A stretch of 64,000 bases of DNA from Narcine bancroftii (GCF_036971445.1 NC_091480.1:25358001-25422000), one strand, 5' to 3'; shown: positions 50,546 through 64,000, counted from the first letter of the stretch. Program-made: numbers and translations. The notes: generated by a model not told the origin, from the sequence alone.

Positions 50546-53500
50546 TTGGGACAAGTGGAACAGTTGTGTATTCTTACATATGACATTGTGTCAGTGGAGA
50601 CTACAGGAGCAAGGTCTCACATAGATTTTCAGAAGTATCTTCCCCCTCGTGCACTGATATTTCCAGTTCACGTGATAGTTCTTGCCCACCTCAGTGATTT
50701 GATCCTCTGTAAAAGACCAGTATATACTTGACATTTGTTTAGGAAATCCAATATATGCACAACTACTGTTATTTCAGGTAATGGGCAGGCAGCTGATCCT
50801 CTCAATTGCTTTCATATTCCAAATAATTCCAAAAAAAGAGATCTGACTTGCATGAATTATTTGCATAACATTTTGCAGATGGGTCCTCATCAGTTCAGAA
50901 TAGAACATTTCTATTTCAAAATTTTAGTGACTTTTAGCACTTGGGATTCAGAAACTTTATTGGGATTGTAAAGTAAAATGTGATCAAATATTATCCCTTG
51001 AAATTAATTTAATCTGACCTTGCTACAATTTTATTATTATAAGAAAGTTAATTAGGTTTGCAATTGAAATTGTCATTTGAAATGGCATTTGAAAGAGCAA
51101 GAGAATGAATATGTACATCTTCAGTGACTTGGCTTATGAATTTGCATGTAATTTGCCCTTCAAAGTAAATGGGTCGCTGCCACATTTAAAAGTTTTAAAA
51201 CTTTAAAGGGTTAGAGGAAACCCTTCAATGTTAATGAGTGGTATTTTATTTTGGTCATTTCATTCGCTGTTTTTCTTTATTTTTGTGGTATTGGTCCCTT
51301 CTAGCTTCACAAACCAAATTCCATTTTGCCATCACTGTTTCTAAAGTGGTTGGAATCGATCAACATTTGAATCTGACAAAATTATTCTGATTTGGCGTGC
51401 AATGTTGTTTTGAGTTCCAAATTGTAACTGAGGAAACTCTGAAGTTAAAATTTGGTCTGCAGTGTACATCACTTGCTAATAGTTTCCCTGCAAACAAGTT
51501 ATATTGTAATGAACAGATTTAAAACAAAAATGGCAATAGAAGGGAACATTTTAGATACAATCACAATTTTGCCAAAATTTTCCTAAGAATAACTTGGGTG
51601 ATTTTTCCAACTTGACTCATTGACAGTACTTACTGCATGTTTGAGTGTTTTCATTCCTCATGGTATTATTCCATGGAAAGCAACATAAAATTATGAAGGT
51701 GCAATTTGGAGGATTGGAGGAGCCCCTGATTGGTTTCAAGATGTTCTAATACTCTAGGATCATAATGCAACATTCACACTTTTGTTGGTTTGCATTGTGG
51801 AAATAGTATTTGTGTGATGGTGTGACGAATTTGTGCATATGGTGGGGCAAAGTGTGTTCGTGTACATGACACACTTTGGGCATAAAGATATTGGGAATGT
51901 TATGCAAATTATATTTTAAAAGATAAATTTTTTGAAAAATTTATAGATAACGTGTATCTTGGACATTCTTAGACAATCCAATAAAAAATGAGAAATGGTG
52001 CTGGGAGTGATAAATGATGTGTTAGTGACTTGAGCAACATTCCTTTCCAGAGGTATTCATGCTGTGTAATGGAGAGCTTGTGTGAAGTTCTGTTGCTTGA
52101 CCTGTTGATGTACTTTGTGGTGGCTGTCATTTTGCAGGTAACTGGATTAAAAAAGGGCTCTTTTCACTTTTCTCTATTGCCGTAAATCCACTTCTCAGGG
52201 AAGCAGGAGTTTACACTAAACAGACATTTTCAATGTTTGCTTAGTTTACAATTTCCCAACAATTGAGTCAGAAATGTTCTTCATGCATATATTCAACTGC
52301 AATCTGTGATGCTTGATGCTAAATTGCAAATCTGATGCAACAAATTATCATGATGTATCAAATTTAAAGTGGCATGCTCTTCAGCAGTGGTAGTCACAGT
52401 ATGTAACTTGAGTCGCATTTGCAATCACTTTTAACCACATTGTGCACCACCCCAAACCTGCACATTTGCCTAAAATGCACAAATAGAGTCAATGTCGTAA
52501 TCCAAGTATTCTATTACCTGTTGATAATAAAATGACATCCCTCTGAGAAATTGGATTTTTATGAATGAGACAATAATTCAAAATGCATTCTTGTGTGATG
52601 GAGAGCATCAATTTTGCCTTTGATCTCAGTTTCCTTCACCTCAGAATAAACGGAAGAAAACTCGCCCTATCCCTCAACAAAAAATCTTTTTATTTCTTTG
52701 GCCTTCCCCGTATATGCCCAAGATCACATAATTTAAAAAAAAATTGATGCAACTATCATACAGTAATATAAAATCTCATATTTGAATGAGGAAATTAAGA
52801 GTGTTGGAAAGCCTCAAGCTGCAGATCAAAGAGTTGCATGTGGCCCCAAGAGCTGCAGTTTGCACATCAGTGTAGAAATTGACATGCAATTTCATTGCAG
52901 AAACTCTGGAGCAACATTGTAAGAATGACAACTCTGAGATGAGAGTACCCACCACATCGTTTCATATCCCGCTCAGCCTCCCACCCTTTCCCTTCTGCCT
53001 CTTCCCCATGAAAATTTCCTCTGGCAAAATGTAAAATGGTAATTTACTCTTCCTATTCATTTTATGGCTTCTTTCATAAATATCCACATCAAGTAAATCG
53101 TACACTGCTTTGTCTTAAAGGCAATATGACCATTTTGAACAGCAGCACAATTTTTTCCAAATAACAACAGAAATTGCTGGAATCACTCAGCAGGTCAGGA
53201 GCCATCCATAGAAAGAGAAACCGGATTAATATTGATGCGGAAACAATTTCTGTTTTGAATTTTGATTTCTAGGATCAACAGAAGCTTTTTTAAATTTTCA
53301 TTTTCTTCCAGTTGAAATCTCTTACCTTTTCTTTCTTCCCCTCCCCCCACCAGCTCAGCTGCCTTGCTTACCCCAACCAATATTATTTTAATTATAACTG
53401 TTCAACATTAATATAATCAGCTTTTTCATAACTTGAACAGAAAGGGATGCATTTATTTGAAGGCAATGGAAGCAAAATTAGCTGCCACCATAGAAAGCTA

Positions 53501-54229
53501 CATTTTACAAGTAAATGTAAGTATCAGAGTTGCGTGATTCATACTGGATGCATTGGCATTAACGAGGAAAAAAAACTAGGAGCAGGAGGAGGCCATCTGG
53601 CGAGGATATTGACAGCTCAGTCCTCACATTAAAACATTTCCCATGAATATTTTAATAATTTTGGAAAACATTTGAATTTAATAAAGTTAGTAATATGGAT
53701 TTCAAGCCAGTTGCTCATTCATGGGTTGGTATTTATGTTAAAAACCCATGACAAATGTCATTCAAGATGCAATGGTTTTGCATCGAAGTGCATCATTGCA
53801 GTTTGTGCATGCCATCAGAGTGCAAATTATTAATGGCTCCTTTGATGCCCAAGGTAGTATGAAATAACTGTGCCCTGTGGGCAATTTCAGTATTCTTTCC
53901 TATGTTCTGAAATATTTAAATTTTGGTATTTTAAAATGTGCATCTGCCAAATTAGATTAAATAGGCATGTTTAATGTTGCATTTTTTAGTGTTCTATAGT
54001 TTGAATTGCATACTGTAAATAAACTTGTTTGTGAGCAAATCAAATGTGTTGCCGTCAAAAGAAGGCAAATTTGATTTTGTCCCTTTGCAATAAAAGCATG
54101 TATTTTAAGATTCAGAATGTGGGTTATATCCATGATTGACAAGGATACTTCCAGGATCATTGGTTTACGAAGAATTAGGGCAGCAAAACTAATCGAGTCA
54201 ACTTCAAATGAGTATTATTGTTACCCATA

Positions 54230-54900
54230 GCATAGAATGTAAAATACGCCCTTTGCCCATCAAATCTGCGCCAACCATGATGCCAAATTTACTTAATGTT
54301 CAAGACCGTCGTAATGAGTCTTAAATGTCACTAACGTATCTGCTTCTAATCCACCCACCAGGCAGCATGTTCCAGGCACCTTAACAACTTGGCATCCACA
54401 TTTTTAAACTCCCACTATAAGCAATGACCTCTTGTATTTGACATTTATACTTTGGGGAGGGGGGGGGGAAGCCTCTTAACTGCCCAATATATGCCTCTTA
54501 ATTTTGTAAACTATCAGGACTCAGCTGCCAATACAATCTAAGTTTGTTCAGTCTGTCCTTGTAAATGGTACTCTAAACCAGGTACCATCCTTATAAGCCC
54601 CTTTCCAAAGGCTACACCTCTAATGCAGTGACCTAAACTTAACTTTTATACAACTGCTTATGAAGGCAAATATCCAACATTCAGCCTTTACTGTCCATAT
54701 TGCCACTTTCACGAAGATTCTTCTGTCCATCATTGCTTCCCAAGGGTCTTGCATTTGACCTTTATCTGGATTAAACTCCATCTGCTATTTCTCTGCTCAT
54801 ACCGCCTTTGACAATCGTATTATCCACAACTCCAATTTTTGTGTCATCTGCAAACTACTGGTCAATCACCATCTACATTTTCATCCAAATATTTTTTTAT
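54230..54900 (-). mobile_element. Degenerate CR1 LINE 3' portion
   Basis: ggattaaactccatctgc and ccaatttttgtgtcatctgcaaac (antisense KFADDTK) with a CR1 tail at the left. Confidence 0.6.
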
Positions 54901-57109
54901 AATACATATAGAATCACAAAGTGATGAAATGGTCTTTCTGGTTCCTGAGTACATTGTTAAATTACCCAGCAGCAGCAGGTCCTCTTCGCTCATACTTTGA
55001 GATTGAGGGTGACTTGCCACTCTACGCCAGTGGTTTCCAAGGGTGCTGATGAAGCCATGGTTTGGTCATCGAGGTAGCGCTTGAGATGAAAAGCAAATCT
55101 TAGCTATTATAAAGTACACTGTTGGACATGTTGGTGTTGGTCAGGGATGGAATTGTCTGCCAATTTGATTCCACTTAGTCACATGCTTATTGTTGAGTAC
55201 GTTTGCCTTTAAGAAAATGACTATCGATTCAATATACCTGATGGGATTTGGGGTATTTTGCTCAGACAATTTTCCTTGTCATGTCTGCAATGGGTCATTC
55301 ATGTTTCCTATGAGTGAGGGGGTATGAAATTGCAGTTCTCCTCTAGACCCTGAACTTTATGCTGGAGTTGAGATCTTGGATCGTAGCTCTTTTCCTCAGG
55401 TGGCCTAAGGCTGCAAGAATATCTTAAATATTACAATTTCAATGGTTTGCCTTCACTGAGATGCAGCTCCTAAGATGTGGGAGTCCTGATGTTGCCTGTG
55501 TACCACATGAAGCATCACTTGTGGTCAATGAAGGCCCATTGGTAGAGAGATTTGTAGCATATGTGTTTATCCCATTCGTAGCTAAATCTTTTGATATTGT
55601 GGATCTTGGAAAAAGACTGGGTACAACACATGTACACATTCCAATTCATAAGCCAAACATATTGCAGTTAAGCCACAAAATAATGACACAAAATAAGTCA
55701 CATTGGTCTATCTTGACTGAGTTTCAAGATGGGGAAAATGGTTGGACATTCTTTCTTGTTATAAAGCTCGCTTTGAATTCATGGGGTACTATCTTTAGAA
55801 TGTAACATACATGAAATTCTTTAACTTTTGACTACTGTAAGGTCGGCAGAGAGTTGTCACTTGGTCCAGCATCCCTCACAGAAACCTACAACACCTGGGA
55901 CTCCCCTCCGAGAACTGACCAGTCCTGTGCCCGTTTACCATCTGAGATCAGACAATCCCAGACGTACTCGGGCAATTAGGTGCTGTGAACGCAATCTGAA
56001 ATAGAGCAGACTACAGAGTAATGAATATGTTGGAAGTTTGTGAACATTAAAACGCAACACCTCTATGAATGTACACATGCCTCTAGAGCTTTACATACGT
56101 ACTAAAGCATTTTGGGTCACTTTATTTGAATAATTTTCAAAGAATTGTAGATGTTAGTTTTATATAAATGTCAGATGGTTTAAGATTGTGGGTGACAATG
56201 GAGCACAATTTGCTTTTTCTTTACATTTTTCAAGATAACTTAAAAGCTGACAGGATTTGGCTTTTCAGCTATTGATTTATAAAATGATAAATATGACATT
56301 AAATGGGAAGAAGAAAATGTATTATGGAATCATGCTGTTTTAAAATATCTGCTTTTATAGCTGAGATTGACTAACAAAGCAGAAGTTGGCTACAAAGGAT
56401 CTAATCCGAACATATCAGCTACGCAATGGGTAAGTTCCCTGAGCTATTGAACCCTTTGTAAAATGTTTAACAAAAAACTTTTGTTTTTTGGGTGCTGAAA
56501 CTAGGGATTTTTTTGGCATTTGCAAAGCCTGCTGGAATTTTTGTTGTTACATAAATCCTATTTGTAAAGACATTTACAAAATACTACAGGATGGTAAATT
56601 GTTTTATAACTTTTAACCTTGCATTTTAATATTCCAACATCAGTGTTGTTGAATATTTCAACATTTATTTCCAGACATGAGAATTTTTTTCTCTACACCC
56701 TAGGCGTGGGGGAAGAGGGGGAGGAAAATGCAAAAGCAAATTTGTAATTAGTTATCTTTAATGAACATGATCTTCAGTTGAAGTATGTTTGCTCAGGTTC
56801 AACTGAAATGTTATCAACACTGTTTGAACAGTATGCTTTGTATGGCAAAGATAACCATACAGAGATAACATTTCAGACTTAAGCTCTTCATCAAAGTATG
56901 AGCAAAATGGTGGTGGGGAGAGGGGCAGACAATTTGTTGTTTCATCTCAGTCTTATAATTAATTCAGTCTTGGTTCCATCTACTCAGTGAATAAACAAAA
57001 TTTTCTGGGGCAATCCATTTTGTGCAGAATCATTCACAACAGCTTCAATATTCTTCAATGTCGGAGCTAGCTGATAAAACAGCAATGATATTTTAAAAAT
57101 ATAACCACC

Positions 57110-57278
57110 TTTCTCTTTGGCTTGGCTTCGCGGACGAAGATTTATGCAGGGGGTAAAAGTCCACGTCAGCTGCAGGCTCGTTTGTGGCTGACAAGTCCGA
57201 TGCGGGACAGGCAGACACGGTTGCAGCGGCTGCAGGGGAAAATTGGTGGGTTGGGGTTGGGTGTTGGGTTTTTCCTCC
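57110..57278 (-). mobile_element. 5'-truncated RTE-BovB LINE
   Basis: Same 3' end as the other copies. Perfect 12-bp TSD aatataaccacc (57098-109 and 57279-290). Confidence 0.9.
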
Positions 57279-58480
57279 AATATAACCACCAGTCCCCAGC
57301 TAAATAGTCTGATTAACTTTAGATAGACATTCTTGCAACTTTTCCTTTCTGCAATCATATTAGGCATTTTATGTTGAAGGCTCAATTCTGGAACTTCAAG
57401 AACCCAAGTTTGAAATCATAAAGATGTTGAGTGCTTAATACATTAATATTCAATTCCTTTCATAAAAATCATTTAAATATTAGTGTTGAGAGTTAAAGAA
57501 ATTTTATACCTGATTGTTAATTTCAGTGTAATCTCTTTATTTTCCTTTTTCCTGTTGTACACTATGCATAAAAGTGGCTCTATTACCAGGAAATGAATAT
57601 GTGCAAATTAGCCTTCCACTGTAGCTGGTAAAATCTTCTGACATTGAGATAATTTAATGAATAAAATGAAGAAGGGAGAAAAGTTCAAATCCAGAATGGA
57701 CTCAAGCATTTGAAGCTTGTCAGGTCATCCTACACATCACATCATTTCACAGAGAAAAACTGCTCAATGTTACCATGTTATAAGCACTCCATAACCCCTT
57801 TGTCATTGATGACCCAGTGCAGGATCTTACAGGCTTTGAAGCATTTTAATATATTTCATAACTAACGTTTCCTCATGTACCTATACACTTAGCATAAGGA
57901 AAACAGAGCAGCAGATCTTTGCCTTCTCACAAAATTCAAACTTTTTTTCCATTTCTCAGTGCTTTCACACAGAAATATAAGCTGTAAACAGTATACATTT
58001 TCGGACTCCATCTCCAGGGGCTGTTTTCACTTTGGACTGATGTTGTAGAATAGTGCAACCACAGCCCAAAGTACATTTGGCCTCTGAAGATAAAATGAAG
58101 TGAAAGTCTGGATGCAGTTAGATCTCCTGACTCAAATATGCTTCAAATTTTGCACCCGTACAGATTTTGGTTTTGTACATATGTTCAAGTTGCATACTGT
58201 GAATGCAATGTTGTAAATTGGTTACAATCTATATTTTAATAGATATTTTAAACAATACTGGATTCTTTTAAATGTAAACTTAAAGATATGTTTAATCCCG
58301 CTTAATTTACCTTTGTCTCATGTAATTTCCAAAGCCTGTCCCAAAACTGAAAAACCATCAAAACAACATGGATGGAACTATAGTGGACGCATGTGAGCAC
58401 CATTGACTTCCTCAACCCATTGCAGAAGATATGCTCCAAACGCTTCAGTAGGAGAGTGTTTTAGGAAGCCCAGGATGGGA

Positions 58481-58686
58481 TTAATTATCCTTCATCTTGC
58501 ACTCCTTTTTAGCTCTTGCTGCCATGATAGGAAAGAAGAGGCTTGGAACCAGGGTTCGCAAATAAATTGCAATAGTGGGGAGGAACCCTGCCATTACGAC
58601 ATCCTTCTTCTTTCTGCAAACTGCTGTAAGGATGGCTTCAGCTACGACATGAGGTTTGTAACCCTCTGCTGTATTCTTGTCCATCA
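58481..58686 (-). CDS. DHRS7B: DHRS7B (short-chain dehydrogenase/reductase), last coding exon
   Basis: Acceptor ttttctctttag|TG. Encodes (V)MDKNTAEGYKPHVVAEAILTAVCRKKKDVVMAGFLPTIAIYLRTLVPSLFFPIMAARAKKE...*. Confidence 0.92.
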
Positions 58687-59012
58687 CTAAAGAGAAAAGC
58701 AATGGATCAATATAATGTACTTGTTCAGTGTAGACAGTATTTTTTTTCCATTTTTTGTCAAAGGACATGGAAGTCAACTGGCAGTTCAAGATCAAAAAAG
58801 TGGGAAAATAAGGCAGTTAACAACAGGTAAATCTTGTGTTTCTACTGCGTTCAGCTCATGTAGGTGTGTCTGACCACTATGCTGAACTCCCGTTTCAGCA
58901 AAATATTGATCTTAAAATGTCCTTCCTGTCCTTCAATTGCATGCATGACTTCTTGTTCCCCCCCCCACCCCCCTCGCACCCCCCCACCATTCTCCGGTAA
59001 TTGCAATTCTAA

Positions 59013-59222
59013 TACAGTGCCAGTGATCTGGGTTCAAATCCGTCACTGTCTGTAAGGAGTTTACATGTTCCTCCTATGGCTGCGTGGGTTTTCTCTGGGG
59101 GCTCTGGTTCCCTTCCATGTTCCAAAGACGTATGGGGTTAGTAGGTTATTTGGTCACATGGGTATATTTGGGCAACACATCCTCACACCAGAAGGGCCTG
59201 TCACCATTCTGTATTTCTAAAT
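59013..59222 (+). mobile_element. tRNA-derived SINE (shark/ray HE1/V-SINE-like)
   Basis: B-box ggttcaaatcc followed by ctgtctgtaaggagttt...gcgtgggttttctc...ccaaagacgt. Confidence 0.65.
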
Positions 59223-59740
59223 TTGAACAAAATTACTGCAACTCTCCAAGAAATCTGCATTCCTCCAATCCTAGCATCTTTTGTATCCCTATTTTTCCAA
59301 ACCCTTTTAACACATGATGATAGGTTTCCAAACTCCCCAGATAATTGTTGATATTCTTCAAGGTCTTCCTTGAAAACAATTGCTGATTAGCCTGGTTGCT
59401 TGATCTTATGTTTTCTTTCTTTGGCTCAATTTAATTTTTTAAAATCAAATTAATTCTTTTTTGGCATGCTGAAGAACCCTCAGTTGTGGTTTCTTCATAA
59501 AAAAAATCAAGTTACCTTGAAAAACAGTAACTTACTAAGACAGCCTGTAACTTTCATGATCCTACGAGCAGCAGTGAGATGCAAGAGCTGCACAATACTG
59601 TCTCTAGTAAGCATTTAATTTTCTCAGGTTGGCTAACACTCACACCAATAATGATGTTATAAGCAATAGTGCTGTTTTTTTTTAAGTAAATGGAAGAACA
59701 CTGAAGTTCAGCCTACAGTTCAAAGTGATTAAAAGCTTAC

Positions 59741-59893
59741 CACCATACTTGGATCCATTGCCAGTGACTGCATTCAGGGAAATGCTGGTCTGGATATATC
59801 CTGGGCTGATTACAGACACTTGAACTTGGTACTGCTCCACCTCAGCGCGCAGACAGTCAAAGAATGCTTGGCAAGCATGTTTGGATGCTGCAT
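59741..59893 (-). CDS. DHRS7B: DHRS7B penultimate coding exon
   Basis: cag|AT GCA GCA TCC AAA completes the SDR catalytic YAASK. Encodes [10 protein letters not shown] and VISPGYIQT. Donor G|gtaag. Confidence 0.95.
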
Positions 59894-60409
59894 CTGTAAT
59901 GAGAATTCAATTTGGAACATTTTGAATCTTAACAGTTTGGGGGGGAAAAAAGAGAAATGACGGACATGATGTCAAACTGACCCCTTTATTTACGGATGAC
60001 CAATTCAAGCAGTCTGGGCTTGGTTTATCATTCAGTGTAACCCAAATGAATCTGATGAGTTTGTATGTTTTCACCGGGTACTCTAGTTTCCTCCCACCCT
60101 TCAAAATTGGGCAGCAAAGTCTCGTGGGGCTAAAGGGCCTGTTACCATGCTGTATGTCTAATTACTCATTACCTCCTCTTCATCAGTGTAGCCTGTTTAT
60201 TTCACTCAGGACCCAAATTATTGTCACCTTCTCTGCATTTTTTTGAAGCTTCCCTTTCCAATACAAGTCTGCAGAATATTTCTAAAATCTATGTGCAAAC
60301 AACTGAATCTAGTTTACAAGCAATTGCTGCCCTCCCCCTGCATTTATCATCGCAGACTCTGTCCACTTGTTCCCCCAATTTACTGATGACTAAAGGACAC
60401 ATCAAAATA

Positions 60410-60590
60410 CAGTAAAATCCTCATTAACCTAAAATTAAGCAACCAGCAGCCTCAAGCAAAATGAAAAATAGAGGTTAAAAAGAAACTAAAGTTTAAAATT
60501 GGTGCCCCTTAACATGCAATCTCAAATGGCATATTCACTTATCTGGCGTGTACCAATCCCCATTGGTGCTGGATACTGGGTGTTTTACTG
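60410..60590. mobile_element. Tc1/mariner (pogo/Tigger-like) MITE
   Basis: TA|cagtaaaa...ttttactg|TA: terminal inverted repeat with a TA duplication. Confidence 0.65.
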
Positions 60591-60621
60591 TATCAAGTGC
60601 TGATTTCTTCACAGTACTTAC

Positions 60622-60714
60622 ATGCAGATCGAAATGGAATCGCTATTTTCCCTTGGACGCTGCTAATCACTGCAATGTGTCCCCTTCTTCTCTGCACCAT
60701 GGAAGGCAGAATAG
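60622..60714 (-). CDS. DHRS7B: DHRS7B internal coding exon (upstream exons lie beyond the window)
   Basis: cag|CT ATT CTG... encodes (A)[30 protein letters not shown](Y). Donor T|gtaag. Confidence 0.95.
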
Positions 60715-61074
60715 CTGCAATGTTAAGTAACAAGAGTTAGTGTTTTATCTTTTTGAAGATATAATTACCAAGATTCTGATCAATGCCTTGCACCACAACA
60801 TGAATATCTGATGGTAATCATTGCTATTGTTTGAGCTTCCTGTGGATGCAAATTGACTGTACCCCACATTATAACAACAAATAATTTTCAAACCTACATC
60901 ATTGGTCTTGCACTTGCTATGTCAAAAGATACTGCACAAGTATAAATTCTTTGCTTGATACAGATTATAGTTACTTCAACTGTTCTCCAGAATTAACATG
61001 CTTGGTCCACCTGGAGATGCATTTTTGAATCAAGTTTGTCTCCATTATATGATGAAATGGTAGATCCCAGCCCA

Positions 61075-61732
61075 CACCCCTGTCCACATCAATGGCACTG
61101 AAGTGGAGACAGTGGACAACTTCAAGTTCTTGGGGGGGGGGGTAATGGTACACATTTCCAAATATGAGAGGGCCAAGAAAGCACACCAATCTCTCAACTT
61201 TATTTGAAAGCTAAGTAAATTCAGCATGTCCCCCCTTGGCCCACAACAGTTCTACAGGAGCGCTACTGAAAGCAAGCTGATTGAATGTTTCACAGTGTGA
61301 TATGGGTGGTGTTCTTTCCAAGATCAGAAGAAACTGAAGAAGGTGGTGAATTCAGGTTAGAATATAATGCATTCCCCTCCAAACAAACCTTTCTTCCCTC
61401 CATCTATTCCTGCTGCTAGCCAGCTAACCATACTGCAACCAAAATACAGAAGAACCCACCCCACCCCAGATGCACTTTCCATCAGAAAGAAGGTTGAAGA
61501 ATGGGAAACCATGCACCAACAGCCTTAGTAGTTTCTTCCCCACAACCATCAGGTTCCTAAATGAACATCACAACAGTGTCATCATGCTACCCTTGCTTTG
61601 TACTGTTATTCTTTTCACTCTTACAACTAACTCAGTATTGTGCTCTTGCTTTCCTATGTTGCATGGTTGTATGCATGTTAAAGTTAACTGGCTAGACTGC
61701 TCACTGTACCAGGTATATTGTGACAATAAACA
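61075..61732 (+). mobile_element. Rex1/Babar-type LINE 3' remnant
   Basis: INGTEVETVDNFKFLG...SFFPTTIRFLN, with tail tgacaataaa. Confidence 0.65.
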
Positions 61733-61919
61733 TGAAAGCCTTCCCAGTTGAGCTTAATCCTATCTTCACCCTTTAGATGCCAGTTTTACTGCCATCTTTG
61801 GTGGATATTAGTGAAGGCAGGACTATTTCTCAAACTAGGAGTCACATAAAGGAAGATGCATATTCTTTGAGCACCTTTAAAACCTCAGGAAATAGCAAAG
61901 TGGTTTAGAGCTAATGAGC

Positions 61920-62720
61920 GATCCCTCCATGACTCCCCTGTCTACTCATCCCTTCCCACTAATCACCCTCTCAGCACCTTCCCCTGCCACCAAAGGAAGT
62001 GCCACACTTGTGCCCACACCTCCTCCCTCACCATTATTTGGGGCCCCAAACAGTCCTTCCAAGTGAAGCAATGCTTGTATATCAGTGGGAGTCGTCCACT
62101 GCATCCGGTGCTCCCATTATGGCCGCCTCAACATCAGAGACTGTACACAGACTGGGAGATTGCTTCACTGAGCACCTTCACTCTGCATCGATGACAGGAT
62201 CTCCCAGTGACCAACTATTTCAATTCTGCACCCAACTCCTGCACTGACGTGTCTGTCCTTGGCCTCGTATTGTCAAATCCAAACCACCTCTAAGTTAAAC
62301 ACAGTATTTTCCATCTGGGCACACTCCAACCTGATGGCATTAACATCAACTTCTCTGGTTTCTGCTAGCCTATCTGCTATTCTCCCTCTCTTCCCTCTCC
62401 CTCTCTTCCCCATCCCTCTGTCTTCAGCTATCCACTGCCTTCCTTCTCCATTCACAGAGCCATCTTCCCCCCACCCCCCCCACCACCCTTTGTTTTCTGG
62501 TGTGCCTCCCTTCCTTATTCACATATTACTGCCTGCCTGTGGGACTAAGCTACATCCCTTTACCACCCTCCCCACCCCCCCCCCACCATTTTGTTAAAAC
62601 CTTGATGAAGGGCTCAAGCCTAAAATATTGGTTATCTTTGCTATATAAAGTACAGTTTGACCTCCTGATTTTCTCCAGCATTGTGTTTTTCTTCAGTCAT
62701 GGTGTCTGCAGAGTTTAGTG
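61920..62720 (+). mobile_element. Penelope-like element GIY-YIG end and tail
   Basis: TSSLTIIWGPKQSFQVK, GVVHCIRCS and ETVHRLGDCFTEHLHS across frameshifts. Confidence 0.7.
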
Positions 62721-63134
62721 TTTATTCTTAAATCAAATGTAGTAGTTTGGAGTTGTTCGACTGTGGGAAACACAGCAACAAGTTTGAACACAGCTAGGTC
62801 CCACAAATGGAAGTGAGAATGAGGTTTAGCCTCATTTAGTGAAGTTGACTGAGGGATGATTTTTGGTCAGAACACAGGGGATAATTTTCCTGGTCATCTT
62901 CAAAGTAGCACTGGCTACAGATCAGATGGTAGTACGATCAGCTGCCACAGCACAGAGGGACGAGGGAGTGCCACAATATCAAAGGCATGATCCTTCAGAT
63001 GGAAGGTTAAACCAAGATTCCCACCATTTATCTCATGATTATAAAACCAGCAAAGGCACAGTTTCAAAGATAAATGCAGAATTTACCCTGGTGGTCAATG
63101 TTAATGCAATGTCATTTAGGTAAACTAAACTTGA

Positions 63135-63905
63135 AGCACAAAAACGCTGGAGTAATTCAGCAGGTCTCCCGGCGTCCATACAAAGGAGCACAGGACAACA
63201 GGCAAAAGTGATAATTGGACATGGATAGGAGGAGATGAGAGGTAAGTGAGAATTGATTGACTGGTGGGGGGGCTCTGTGAATCCAGAGCTGGAGGAAAGG
63301 AGACAGAAGGAGTGAGAGAGAGAGAGTAGGGAAAGGACAGAGCCGGGGAGGGGAGAAATTAACAAAACCAGAGAAGTTCATGTTAATGCCATCTAGTTGG
63401 AGGGTGCCCAGACAGAATAATGAGGTGGTGTTCCTCTAATTTGTGGGTGATCTCATTCTGGCAGTGCATGGACAGTCTTGTCAGCAAGGGAATGGGGATT
63501 GGAAATGAAATGGGTTGCGACTAGGAGATCCCCACTATTGTAGCAGTCAGACTAAGGTACTGAAGGACACAATCTCCCTGTCTGTATTTAGTCTCTGATG
63601 TGGAGGAGATCACGTCAGAAACACAGAATGCTGCAAATGACACCTGCTGATTCACAACTGAAGTGAATGTTTCTTTAAAAACATGGCTTCTCCTCCACTA
63701 CCATCAACTCTTCCCTCACCCATATATCCTCCATTATCTGCACATCTGCCCTGGCCCCCTCTGCACAAGTGCACTATTGATTCCCCTTGTCCTCACCTAC
63801 CAGCATCCGCATGCAGCGTATCATCCTCCACCACCTTCTGCGACCTACTACATGATGTCACCATCAGAAACATCTTCCCCTCTCTGACTTCCACAGGGAT
63901 TGCTT
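63135..63905. mobile_element. Penelope-like remnants (minus about 63135-63680, plus about 63690-63905)
   Basis: Similarity to 62050-62720 (reverse complement) and to 4900-5075. Confidence 0.55.
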
Positions 63906-64000
63906 CCCCCCCCCCCCCATGAATCCTTCCCTTCAAGGTTGAAGGAGGACTCAGGCCAGAGACATGGATAACATTTCTTTTCTTCCTAGGGACCCTGCAA

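Noticed and set aside
59013-59060. tRNA-like B-box (ggttcaaatcc)
   Set aside because: Head of a SINE with no cloverleaf, followed by SINE body sequence.
61030-61052. IMETN resembling the DHRS7B 'VMETNYFG' exon
   Set aside because: Similarity ends after five residues and there are no splice sites. The true exon must lie outside the window.

Overview
Vertebrate genomic DNA, not prokaryotic. The repeat repertoire (CR1, Rex1/Babar, L1, RTE-BovB, Penelope, shark/ray-type SINEs) suggests a cartilaginous fish, but that is inference. Three recognisable genes occupy the right half. SMCR8 (+) has 2 coding exons and 938 aa. TMEM11 (+) has 2 coding exons and 187 aa. DHRS7B (-) is represented by its last three coding exons. 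The left 30 kb is dense in nested transposon remnants. It also appears to hide a small spliced minus-strand gene of about 130 aa (4 phase-0 exons, CpG-island promoter at about 30.1-30.5 kb) that I cannot assign to any family; this is the best novelty candidate. Other notable items: a strong-context uORF whose stop overlaps the SMCR8 start (ATGA), a G-rich 23-bp minisatellite just inside the first intron of the unknown gene, a triple RTE-BovB concatemer inside one target-site duplication, an intron-containing Harbinger transposase relic, and several MITEs with clear TIR/TSD. There are no CRISPR arrays, rRNA genes or bona fide tRNA genes. All calls were made by eye without database searches, and repeat boundaries are approximate.
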